Of a stretch of 64,000 nt of DNA, positions 1 through 12,970 are shown piece after piece. The notes below the pieces were generated by a model. The model was not told where the DNA came from. It did not search any database and saw nothing but the letters and a program-made list of their open reading frames with translations. This DNA is from Tubulanus polymorphus (Eukaryota > Animalia > Nemertea). Position 1 is the first letter of the stretch. Each line of letters starts with the position of its first letter. Position numbers and translations under genes: made by a program. The stretch is taken from the NCBI RefSeq assembly GCF_964204645.1, contig NC_134027.1, forward strand, positions 5,736,485-5,800,484, in the 5' to 3' direction.

Positions 1-1886
1 TTTTAAGTTATATTTACAAAATATTCACACCACATCACACATCACATACATACACGTACAAGTCAATGGTGAAGCCATTCTCTTAATGAAGTGCCAGCTC
101 TCAAGATGACCATGACTATTTTTTCATCGCTTTACAAAAAATGTCTACCGTTTTTAAATATAATTATTACTCTTAAACACAAATTATAGCGTCATATCTT
201 GTTTGATCGTTTGATAGAAATTAAAATAATGATAAAAACATCAGTGACGGGGCGCGATTTTCTACACCTCTCAAACTTCAATGGCAGTGAACATGCTATA
301 TTTATAAATTGTACCAAATTTTTCAGTTTTAATCAATGGCACTTGAATGGTATCCTCACTCACCATTTGGCAGTTGGCTTCTGAGACCGACAGCGGCCGC
401 GTCAAGCACTTATCTATCTATACAGCTATTTAATATCACAAAAATAAATTAATTCACACCCTATTTACATCAATTACATGCACGCGCGCGCACGGAGCCA
501 ACTGGAACTTTTTACATTCATTTCAAGTAGATCGAAATTTCATTAGTTCAATAAATTAGATCCTTTTTTAACGACTAGTAATGTAAAATTTTTCATCACG
601 TGAGACAGACTAACACAAGTTTCAAGTGTCTAATCGATTTTGGATTGCATCCAAATCCTATTCAGAAATATTCTACTATTCACTCCGCGGTAGCTGAATT
701 TTTCCAGTTGACTGCAGGCATTTAGCATTTAATGATACATCTAGGTCCGACTATCTAAAGACGACTGATCCCCAGCAAGATTCAAAATGGAATGCAAAGT
801 TTGAAGATGGATGAAAGAAAATTACATTCATCCAAAGATTGGTCAAATGGTTTTGAATCGAACAAGCGATCGGCGCGCCTTATTGTCAAGACTCAATAAA
901 TTATACATAACTAACAGTCAAGATTATTCTGTACAACCTAATACTGTCCCAGTTGCCACTTAATTAAATTAAACTTGGGGAGGGGAAGTTTTGCACCAGA
1001 ATATTCTCAAACTAAAACCCCATAGTTCCATCTATCGGCAAGTGCACCTTCGGTTTCATACGAAACCACAAGTGCGCACAACTGTCTCTTTTTCAAGTTA
1101 TAAAACCCGTTCCCTAACTTCAACACAGAAATGTGGTGGCTACCAAAGCCAACACGAAAATTAAACTAGATTTGAACACGTTGCATTGTTGAACATTGCG
1201 TTCAGGCCTTCCAACTACTTGGTAAAACGCAAGTGTGGAAGGTCCTTAAGCTTTATAGCACCATACGATTGGGAGGATAACTACCCCGAGGAACTTGTGA
1301 GTGAGCCGTGTCATTCACTCATAAAATATCCAATCAAGAATAAAATTCAATAACACGAATTTAAACTTTCAAGTCAATTAAAACCCGTTCTGGTATTTCA
1401 CACCGAATACCCGTTTTTCTTTTTAAGTCAAGAATTTCTTTCAAACCAGTCGACGATAAAAACTTTCCAAGAGTTCACGTTTTTGCAAGCAAAAAGCCAC
1501 GAGCGCCGGATTATTCAATTCGAATATAATTTCTATAAGTCCAGCAACTGAAACCCAGCAGTAAAAGAAGACCGTCCAATAAACATCAAAGTTAGTTAAT
1601 ATCACTCAGCGCCGAGCGACACAACTATCAACAAATTTAACGTCCCGATTATTCCACTTTCACACTTGCTTAAATTCAGATTGGATAAGTCCAGAGTGCG
1701 TGACGAATGTTACAAGTCCCTTTTTTACACGGTAAAATCCTCTGAGGTCACGATTGTAGTTACGCGAGCTGACGACTCCAGTGGGACACGACGACGGCCC
1801 CGCCTGTCTGTCATCTTTATGCTCAAGTCTTTGGCATTTTTTAAGTTAAATAAGTCCAAGAAGAAATTATCCTAAGAATACCATCT

Positions 1887-4139
1887 TCATAAACTCTCCT
1901 GGCTGCTAGTACTGGATTGGTCTGATTTAGCATCAGATTGCCATAGATTTAATTTCTCCGATAGTATATTGTCTTGTTGAAGCCACGGATGAGCTAAGAT
2001 TTCTTCTAATGATGGTCTATCACCTGGTCGAACTGACAAACATTTTCGAATGAGATCTTTCACTTCTGTAAAATATAAACACATGGATCCATGAGTTTAA
2101 CATATAATCGTTAATAACAGAACTATGTATGATGATGTGGAACACAGTATAATTGCCGAGTCTGCATCTCTAAGCAGCTGCTAGTATATTTATAGCTACA
2201 GTCTCCACTGAAATTGAGCCAGATCAATAATTCTGCTGCAGCGGGAAAGCCGTGTTTGGCAAGCAGCCAGCACTCTGGAATCCCTACAGCGCCGAGTCGG
2301 GGAGATGAGGACATGAAGGTTACATGGAGAGGAGTAATACATACCTGCAGAAATAAGTCCTTTAAATGTAACACGGGCGCTGACGATTTGCTCATCTTGT
2401 TCAAACGGAATGTCTCCACACACCATATCATACAGTAATATACCGAGTGACCACACTGTAGCTGAGCGTCCGTGATATCTGTGATACTTGATCCATTCCG
2501 GTGGACTGTAAACCCGCGTACCTAAAATACACAAAGAACAAATTTCTAATGAAATTCAGACTATCATTCATTAACAAAAATCTTCGTTGGTTTAATTGAG
2601 TTCGACTAGAGGCTATCAGATTAAAATTTAATTAATTCTAACTCAACTAAAATTTTTTATTATTTATTAACCACCATCTAGATAAACATAGCCTAGTATC
2701 AAAATTTCTGGATGTTTGGATAGACATGGACATTAATTAATGTCGCTTAAAATCCTGTGTACTGAATGTGTGCCAGTTATTGATTGATAGGTGGGAGACT
2801 CTGGCAACTTGCCAGTACTGATATTGTATGTTGTTATCTACCAAGCTTTGCGCGAGCCCATAGAGATGTTAATGGAATATTTTCAAAACTATCACGTTAC
2901 CATTCAATTTTAATTATATCAGTAGGTATTGAATTAATTTTGTTTCGTCCAAACAAACCAAGGTAGAGAATTTATTCCGGCCCACTCAAGTTATGAGTTT
3001 CATCTGTTGCCAAAATATACATTACATTTGCTTAAAGTTCCAGCAAACAAAAAAATTTTAATCTGACAGCTCTAGTCTACTTCACAAAGGACATCCAACC
3101 GAAACTATTCTAATACATGTAGGCAGGCCTAGGCTATATTATCCGGTAACATGTGTTACCATCATATTGAAACTAAAAGTAGGCTGAAAATTTGAATATT
3201 TTCAATCATTTCAGTTTTATTGCTGCTCATTGTATGTTTTATCCATGGTTGGTTTTTGAGACACTCACCATCAAAATCAACATAAACTGTATCTTTGAGG
3301 AAATCTCCAGAACCGAAGTCTATGATTTTGAGTTCATTCGTTTTTAAGTCCACTAGGATATTTTCATCTTTAATGTCTCTGTGAATAACTCCGGCACTGT
3401 GAATGTCAATAATCGCGTGTACGACTTGTCGGAAAAAGTCTTTGGCGGAATCTTCGTCGAGAACGCGATTTTCAGTGATGTAATCAAATAGATCCTTGCA
3501 GGATTCAGGTCGCTCCATAACAATGATAAAACAGTCCGGTCTGTCAAAATAATCCAACATCGTTATAACACCAGGAACGTGGTTGACTTCTTTCATCAAG
3601 CAAACCTCCAATGGAACTGACTGACCATTCATTTGGACCCACTCATTAACTCTGTTCTTTTTGATGTATTTGATGGCAACCTAAAAATAAAGTCAATTTC
3701 CTATTTACAATTGTCTCAAAATTTGGGAGTAACGTTTGTTCTTCAAGAAGTTACTCAATTTATGTTAAGGATTAAGTTAAGCTACTTACGGGTAGTCCAT
3801 CTGTTCTCCTTCGACCAGCAATAACAGTACCAAAGCCTCCAGATCCAAGAGTTCGACCATGCTTGTACAATTTCTGTGGATCTTCTCGGTCTTTCACTGG
3901 AATTGGAAAATATAAACATTTAATCATTTGATAACTATCTCCAGTGAGAAACAATTTCTTTACTGAATATCTAAATCAAAAATTAAAAAACCAATCAGGC
4001 AATCTGTGAAGAGACGCTAACTCCGACTCTTAACTATCGAAACCGCCCAATATTTACCTGGTCTCTCTTTCTCTGCGTGGATATTCATGTTAAGTCCACC
4101 GTTAAGTACTCCTAATGTAGGAAATTTCTTAGCGAACAT
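1887..4139 (-). CDS. PIM: PIM-family Ser/Thr kinase (5 coding exons: 4139-4058, 3896-3790, 3680-3269, 2521-2345, 2065-1887)
   Basis: Spliced translation gives [13 protein letters not shown], the PIM-specific hinge [30 protein letters not shown] and [10 protein letters not shown]. All junctions are GT-AG with consistent phases. Confidence 0.96.
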
Positions 4140-4789
4140 TATTTAAGAATCCCGATTAACTTATATATGAGTGTGATTAGAATCCTCACTGACTGACGAA
4201 GTAACGCACTCGGCTCAACACGTCTTTACGCTACGAGTCGAGCTAATGTTTTGATGCAAAATTTTGAATGCACTCGCTAGTAGTCTACTATAAACGTTCC
4301 GAATCGAAACACTATTAGTATCAATCCGCGTCTGGTGGAGAGCGCCTTGGAATCGTGCCAAGATTGAAGCGTTCTTTAAAGAAAATGTAAGAATATTTTC
4401 AAAAACTTGATAGGTTAAGCCTCAATCTTAAAATTGGTTCGGTAAATAATTTTGATACTAATTTTTTTAACTAATGATACAAGTTTTAATCAACAGACAG
4501 AGAACTATTTTCGCTACTAGTCACACAGTCTCGATCGACACGACTTACGCGGTTTGGCTGAGGGCCAGCGCGCTCACAATTGGGTCACACTGGAAAGTCT
4601 AGTAAAACGAACCAATCAACATCTACGTAGTGGCGCGAAAACCCCGTTCGCTCATTAGCATATGAATATTGGCTAGCCTCCGAGTAAACCAATAAGCAAT
4701 AGTAGTTGGCGCGATCTGTGAATGATTATGGCGGGAACCCCGCCCATCACTACCAGATTCAAAGGAAAATAAACATTTAAACGTGGCTA

Positions 4790-4799
4790 GGGAATTTCC
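4790..4799. promoter_or_regulatory. NF-kB-like site GGGAATTTCC upstream of PIM
   Basis: Exact match to the kB consensus GGGRNWYYCC, ~650 bp upstream of the PIM ATG, in a CpG-richer region with CCAAT boxes. Confidence 0.4.
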
Positions 4800-7700
4800 T
4801 AGTCAAAAAGAGACGGTTCTTGGTTTTTTCAATTCAGTTTTTGTATTTCTTTTCATCTAGAGAGAAACTAACGGGAAATTAATATGAACCCGAAATTCAA
4901 ATGTGCCATGGGATTTCAAGTAGGGTATCAAAAGTCACACGCAGTACAGTGGGTCGATGATAAGCTTTTTGTTAAAAATGGTGGAAAATGGTTATTTCAT
5001 TTAATCGCTGATTTTAGGGGCCCACATCGACTTCGAGGTGGTCTATTTTAAGCTGCACAGGTGTCGCCACTAACAACGGCAGAAATAGGAATGTAAACAT
5101 AATCACATGCCTCGTGAACGTCATCATACTCGAGTCATGTGCTACGTCATGAAATATCAATGAGGTCGGCCAAGTTGTTTCCAGATAGAAATGACGCAGT
5201 TTAAATTCATTAATTAACCATTTTATGACTAAGAAAATCTTGTGACTCGTATTTACTATAGATGATTAATTATTAATTCTAAAAGTGTCTAACTTCTATA
5301 AGTATACTTTAGCCTTTAATCCCATGATTTTCATCGCTAAACTAGTCTCATTTTGAAGTTAGCAGATGGGATTCGCTAGGATTGACCGTCTATAGGATTC
5401 GAAGGGTAGAACTTTGAAGAAATAGAAACGTTGCTTTGAACGTAAAAAAACTATCCAACAAAACTTCCAACTTCCAACTTCCAATTTGTTGAAAACTATA
5501 GCGAAGCTTGAGTAATGATTTGACTACTCCAAGTTTTAAATACCGGGTATTAAGACATTGACTCAGTTTTGATAACGAATGACTACGAGTAAGTTCCATT
5601 TGTTTTGATTGTTCGGATAATGCATCCTCTTGGTTATCAACCTCGACATTTTCTTCCCGATTGTTAAAATATTATAGAATACGAAAACCCTATCGCCATC
5701 TACGGTATAATGATTAACTAAAAGACGGCGGACGCGGAGTAATTAACACATATCGTTCGCCATCTATCGTCAAATTTAAGAACTCGGCTTTAAAAATCGC
5801 GCGAATTTTATGGATTCGAACGCGTAGTGCAGGATTAAAGGCTTTAATGATTCCTCCTTTCTCCTTATCGGCCAGGTCATTTTTTAAACCGCAATGAAAA
5901 CGTGTAATCAGTTTATTTTGATAGCTACCTGGTCTCATAAATAGCTATATGATGATTTGAAAAGAAAAATAATAGGCGGCTGACCGCCGGGTCAACGAAG
6001 CTAAACATAAAGGAGAAACAAGGGTATCCTTTTTTAGCCTTAAACAGTTCTTGTATTCGTGATTTCAAAGTTTAAAAACATGCATCATTTGCAAGACATA
6101 TATTGTCTTATTCAGTGGACTTGTAGTGCGAAAATCACTAAAGGTCTTAATGACTTTGTATCCTAGAGATTTCTCGGACATAAAGCGTACTTCGACAAGG
6201 CTCTGAATTTCTAAATTAAACGACCGGTACTTACTCAAACAAGGCGAGGTCGCGAATTTCGACATGGTGGGCTAACAGCGATTTGTAGATACTGAGAAAT
6301 GCTTTCTCGACGAACAGTTTCGCATGCGTTGATGTTGACTTCTGTCGCAGAACAGGTGTCACAGTGACCGTTAGGTGACAGATAATCTGAGAAGTTAGTC
6401 ACAGTGTTTGTCTAGCGGTGAGTGAGTTTGTACTCGGTGGTCAAGGGCTCGACACGGATGGTTGTCACACCTTTCATTGAGAATAGTTCTGTCCGGGCCG
6501 ACCGCAGGCGCGTACGTACCATTCACTCACCTGTGACACAGCTTTTATATGACTGAGCGGATTAAAATTCTCTCCGATCACGGCTGTTCTCTGAATCATA
6601 AAACGATCTTTAAAAAAAAAAACTGCTGAGTCGATCTAGAATCCACAGAACCAGAAATCAAATTAATCGACACCCTTGAGTTACACACTAGACAATTATT
6701 TATTGAAATTCATATTATTTATTGATATTTACATTTAGATGTATATGCTATTTGCTTTTTTAACAATTTATAAATACATAATCATCAGTCAACTCTTCCT
6801 ATATTTAACCGATCTGTTATTTTCAATAGCTTTATACTAAATAGATTATTCTGTTTCATAAACTTGAACATGTATTTTGTCGCAGATATTGATAGTGAAA
6901 GTCAAGATAAAAAGAAGATCATTTTGTCAATCAAATGTTGAATAAGTGAAATCGCCGTGCTTAAAAAGTAATCATAGTAATTAAAGAATGGATCATTATT
7001 TAATCCATACATAAAAGGTTAAAATGTTCTTTTCTACATTGTATGTGTGTTTAACAGAAAGATTTTAGCACATTGGTTAAAATACACATTACTTAACTCA
7101 TTATTTCTCATACAAATAAAAACTTTTAATTTCATGATAATATTCACCATCATTTCGATAGATTTATAATCAACATCCTTAACTTACTACGAGTGTAGTT
7201 TAATTGTAACACTTTTCATGATTCACAAACTCAAGAAAAAATTAAAGCACCACAACATTTCTCCGTTTAGGAGAAACTGTAGCCTATTCGCTCATTGATC
7301 ATCAATAAAGAATTACACCAACTTGTGAATAAAAACTAAACTTGTAAGTGGGACGCCTGTCTGGACTTGAAACAATGAATTGCAGATGGAGAAGAAAAGA
7401 ACTATGGTTGAACGTGCCATCCTAATTTATGGACATCCAATGAAAGCCATAAACAAGAATTAAATAGAAAAAAATATTTACAATTTTCAGGATGATCAGT
7501 TATATACAAACACCTACATATACAGTGTACTTCTATGCTTCATCTTGTTTATGACATTCACTACATCTCATGAGCACTGAACTTTCAATGCACAACTAAA
7601 ATCCCCAATAATCAATTACTATGAATGTTCACAGCTAAACGAACCTTGACAAATAAGTTGTAAGATCGAAACAAATATTGTTTCTAAGTTGCTCACAATT

Positions 7701-8272
7701 AACCAAATATCAAAAAGAATATTGAATGATGACTAGAAGAGGTGATTATACATGTACTTACAATGAAGGGGGAGTGAGGAGAGAGAGGGTTATTTTATTT
7801 CATTCTGTGTAAAATACATTCATTGACACATATTACACTTAGAGATATAACACTTTTATATCTCAAGTGATGAAGGGAACATTTTAAGAAAATTGCTCAT
7901 TCATAATCACTCCTCCCACAATGTGCTTTTCACACAGGGAGGTGGTGCTGAATGAAATACTCATGGATTACTCTTAAATTGGTTTTTGACGCCACCAATT
8001 ACTGTGTCCACTTGTTACAATCCTATTATCTAGCTCCTTTGAAATCAAAGGTAACTATGGGACTCCAGCTAATTAAGATTAAACAATCCAACAACAGCTA
8101 GTGTTCTGTTCAAATAATCAAATAATAGGCGTATAAATATGAAGGGACCACAAAATATGGCACATCACGAATATATCAATAATATCACCTCATATTTCTC
8201 ATTATTTACAAATTAACTTAATTTAATAGTTATTTATGCCATGTTTTCATTTTAACATAATAGTCATCGATG

Positions 8273-11200
8273 TTAGCTCAATGATTTTGTTTCATTGTCC
8301 TTATTATTTGTACCGCCAGAATTTGAGACATTTTTCTTCAATGTGTCCAAATACTCTTGCTGTGACTGAGCAATAACCTGCGCTATAATATCATCGTCAT
8401 CCCATTCAGCCAAACCTGCAAAACAAGTAGATGAATGCCGCTGAAGATTTCTTCAATCTTATTTTCCTTCTTACACCATTCCTTCTTGTCTTAATCGACA
8501 AAATTGGTTCTAAGGTTGGTAGTAGAATGGTTTATTTGTTTACGATTATAACAGCAATCTGAGTGTATGAATTATTGTAAGAAAGCAGTCTACAAAACCT
8601 GGCACCGTCCACCCACAATTCAACATGTGTGCCGGTCACGAATGCGCTACTTTTTCTGGACGCAAGCCAATCATACGATTTTTTAAAAGAGATTTACTTA
8701 GAAAAAATACGTACCAAACATAGTGGGTGGTAATTGATTCATTAAAGAAGTTGTTTCACCGAAACCACTTCCTCCTATAGCTCCATCACTGGAGCAACAT
8801 GCGCCTATGTCATGGTTCGACAAGCCAACTGCACTAGTGGAATGCATCGCTGACCCTACAAGTTGATCACAAGTTTTAGCTTTTAAAAGGCAAAATCAAA
8901 TGAATGAGTCATCCGGGGCGAGATCATAGTGAAGTACGCTGATTATATTCACTAACCATCCACTTCACAGTAACCTTAAAATGGGCCAAGCATAATTCTA
9001 TAAATTCTTCTTGGATACATAGGATTAGTATAGTGGGAGGATTAATCTGTCTGAATTTATTAGGACTCACATTCCTCCAAATTTAAGAGAATGGTAGATT
9101 GATCAGATCAATAGGACTATTAGGCCTATTGATCTGATCAAGGTTAAAGCTAGAGATGGTATTGGAAGAAAATATAGGGTACTTTTGAGAAATAATTGCA
9201 CTTCATGTATCACAGTTTCCTAACATGGCTTGTATCTGCGCCTGGATTTAAGATGAATATATAAAGGGTGAAGGAATTAAGTTTACCTGGAGTAGAAGTA
9301 AGCAGTTCAGCTGGATTCGGGACTGGTAATGTGAAATCGTCAGTAGATGTCTGTAATTGATTGGGACTGTTCTGTTGACTGTTACGACTGCGCGGAGATC
9401 TTATAGTCATACGTGTATCTGGAGAACGAGTTGACGAGGAAGCAGTTGCCGTGCTACACGTCGCACTAGCTGTACGTGGCTGACAAATATAAACATAAAA
9501 CACATTCTTATAAGTCAGAGAAAAAAGACGTGAAAATTGCTATCAGTAACAAAAATTTCTTTTCAGTGACATTTCGTTGAAATATGAAAGGAAATGTTCA
9601 AATCAATCAGTAATCAACGGTAAGACATTCCATAACATCTTTCATATTTCTAGATGCACCAAACAAATCAGTATTTCTTGTTATAGAATAATAACAAATA
9701 CTGAAAGTCAGGAACAGTTGGCGGCTTTGATTATAACAAACAGAAACTCTGGGAATCAATCTTAGACTGAAACCAATTAGATACGGTACCTCATTTCTCA
9801 TTTCTACCAAGCTAAAAAGTTGACCCGACCGGCTGCCAATATACCCAGTACATACCCGGTAATTTTCTTTTAAAAATATGATCGAGCTTAACATAACAAA
9901 TGAACTGACTAAAAATCGTAGTGCAGTTTACAAAATGACCCAGTGGATAAAGAGAGACAAGGTTGCTTTTCTTTTTAGACCTATACTGCAGTTACGAACA
10001 GATTTTCTGGAAACTTCAGCATTTCATTGAAGGATACACTTCATACCAAGATGGCAATCAATCATAATTTTGCTCTAAGTATTGAGCAATGTTCAATCAA
10101 CGTATCTATTACTTACAGATGAATGATGTTTTGCACGTTTTTCATTGTCTTTTAACCATTGCAGATAAGATTCACGTGCCACCTGCTCTTCAATGGTTTC
10201 CTGAGTCACCTCCCAATCAGTTTCTTTTAATTTGTCCGCTAACATTGTCTGAAAAAATTAACAAAACATTGAATAATACTGATATATTTCAAATTTTCAG
10301 TGATAAGCCCACAAAGAAGCAAGGATTACTATTTTTAAAGCCTGCTTTGTAGTGATTAATTCCAAGCCCCGAGCCAAGAGTTTAACTCAGTTCTTAATCA
10401 AATATTCAAATGAGTTCAGGTGAATAGTTTAACAGGAGCTTTACCTGTTCAATTTGTAATTCCTCAGATTGGCGTACTGCATCTCTCATTAAGTTTCTAT
10501 CAGCGAGCTGAAAATAACAAATCACTAACATTATTGATTGTAGGATCAGCTGGATTTGTAGGAATGTAAACAGCAGAGGGTATCTAGGTGCTCGCATACA
10601 GTGCCATAGTTGAAATTTGAATAATTTTAATGAATGGAACTACTTTTAATAGATACAATCTTTAACAATGTTTACAGTTGATCAGGTCAACCAGTACAGT
10701 TTCATGCATCAGCCATAGCACAAAAGATACATTTTTACATGATTTGCCCTACATGTAGCCTGTCTTGAATATGGACCTATTTCAACTAGTGCGAGAAACT
10801 GCTCTGTATTTAACCTGTCATCAGGATCCGACTCCCTTTAAAATACTTAATTACCGATAAGCCAAGTGCCATAAGTTAAAGCACCTTTGAGCACGTCTTA
10901 GCCACCACCACACTGTTAAAGGTGGCTGTGAGGAAACTGTCATGTTATGATGTTCTGGTTGGTTTAGCCAGGATAAATCTGTTACTAAACAGTCTACCAC
11001 CCAGACTCCTGTAGCAGCGCGTAGCTTCAATTGTATGTAACAATGCATAGGGAATCCCGTTAATGGGAATCTCCGTTGAAATGCCAAGTAGGTCATCGTA
11101 AAACTGAAGATTAGCAAAATGGACCATCAAAAATATTGTTTTTCGCAGTAATCTTGCACATGTCTGGTTGAACTGACGCACTCATAAAAATCAGCACCAT

Positions 11201-12970
11201 TATTGGCATGAAATTCTTTGCCACAAAAAAGCGGAGACAGTCACTCAAAAGTGACGGCAGAGATAATTCATACATACCCCAGGTTGGAATCCTGGCAGGC
11301 CAAGTCCGACCCCAACACTTGGTTGATACGGATCGACAACTGAATTATAATGGGTATTTCTATGATAACTTATTCGAATTGGAACATCTTCCGTCTTATA
11401 TGATCCATGGAACGTATTTATGGCCTCTGCAAATGGAAAACAATATTTTGATTTGTTAAGTCGAAATCAAATCAAGTCAATTTTTGTTGTTAAGATAAAC
11501 TATAAAACTTACCAGAACCATACTGATAAACTTCAACAGGGCGATTGAAAAGCTCGGATATAGCCTGCATTTCAATGTGGTTGCCATGGCAATTATCCAT
11601 TCTTTTACGATTTAGATATGTGTTGAAATCTTCTGTTATATATTGCGAAAAATGGTCCCGGTTTTTAGCCTGGAAATAAATTCAATAGTTAACTCTGTGT
11701 CCGTGTTGTAATGGCAGGGTGGCGCCACTTTGCGCCCATTTACAAATCTTTCAGGTTATCTGAAAGTGGACTCTAGGGTAATGAGAACTTACTATGTAAT
11801 CTAAAGTGTGCTTTCGAACGATCCCATGCATTTCTTGGTCCCCATAAACTTGATCAGCTGAAAAGATAACAATATGATCATTCGATAGATTGAACAATTT
11901 CTGGTTCAATTGAAACACGCAGCGATGGGCCTTCGCGATAAGAACTTACCAACTGATCTAAACAGACAAGCTCCATCAGTGCCCATCTCCTTGATAATGA
12001 AACCTCGTTTTTCTTTTAAGACACGCGTAAACCATTGCTCAAGCTGGAGAAACAAATAAAAAACACTTTGAGTTCATACACAGACTTAAACCAGGGCAGA
12101 AATATCGAAATCTGGGACTGATAATGTTTTCCAAGGATACCCCAGGAAAAAACTTATCAGCAATAAATGTCCCAGCTGGGATCATTCTTGAAGTGGGAAT
12201 ACACAATTTGGGGCCTCTCATACACAGATTTCAAAATGTTGATGCACCTGGAGCAGCCACTAAAGGGATGCAGTGGAGCGCTGAATAAATTTGTTCCTAT
12301 CAAATGCACAACATGAAATAGAGTGGTGATAATTTTGGAGAGCTCTGATGGCCCTCTCTCATGACGCCTATGTTTATTTATTCAACAAATGCTTTGTTTG
12401 GTATTCAAGTGTCGGTATCCCAGGATTATTATTTCTAAGCGCCCCAAAACATTTGACTAAATCAGGTTAGCGAAGGTAGGGGGTTGAGTGAGGCACTGTG
12501 TGATCATGAGGAGGCCCCCTACAAACCTCTGCATCATATTCTTGTGGTTCAGCAGGGACGACGACTGGCAGCGGTTTCTCAGTTTCATATTCATCTTCGC
12601 TGTTAACTGAATCCAAAACGACGGGTGAACTGTTTGGTCCTGCGGTGGAGGTCTGTTGCACTCGATCAGCTCGCGATGAACCATGGTTTCTGTGTTTTCG
12701 AGTATTCCGATGCGGAGACGTACGATGTCTACGCTTGTTGCCAGCACTTGTTTCGGGTGAGCCAACACCTCCTGGATCGTGTCCGGCAAATGTTTCATCT
12801 AGTTGACCTGTAGGCCACCGTGGCGGAGAATTTCTCGCTCTACTCACGTGAGACAGCGAATGACTGACCCGTGTATCAGATGGTATTGAGTTCAGATGGT
12901 GTTCACCGGAATGACTCGGTTCTTTCTCCGATTTCTCTTTGGAAACTTTCTTTTTCGGCAAAATGGTCAT
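8273..12970 (-). CDS. OTUD5: OTU-domain deubiquitinase 5 (DUBA), ~10 coding exons
   Basis: N-terminus MTILPKKK; NSEDEY phospho-motif; catalytic DGACLFRSV (exon 12043-11950); [13 protein letters not shown]; HYNSVVDP; C-terminal [23 protein letters not shown]; stop at 8273-8275. Confidence 0.95.
9099..9141. repeat. Perfect 17-bp inverted repeat (hairpin) in an OTUD5 intron
   Basis: TTGATCAGATCAATAGG, 9-nt spacer, CCTATTGATCTGATCAA. Confidence 0.85.

Noticed and set aside
4140-4260. CUG-initiated N-terminally extended PIM isoform as in mammalian PIM1
   Set aside because: An in-frame TAA lies two codons upstream of the ATG.
6024-6047. U12-type 5' splice site GTATCCTTT
   Set aside because: Intergenic, with no flanking exons or plausible intron length; likely chance.
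11580-11593. X-box-like GTTGCCATGGCAAT
   Set aside because: Lies in OTUD5 coding sequence and is explained by the conserved NCHGNH codons.
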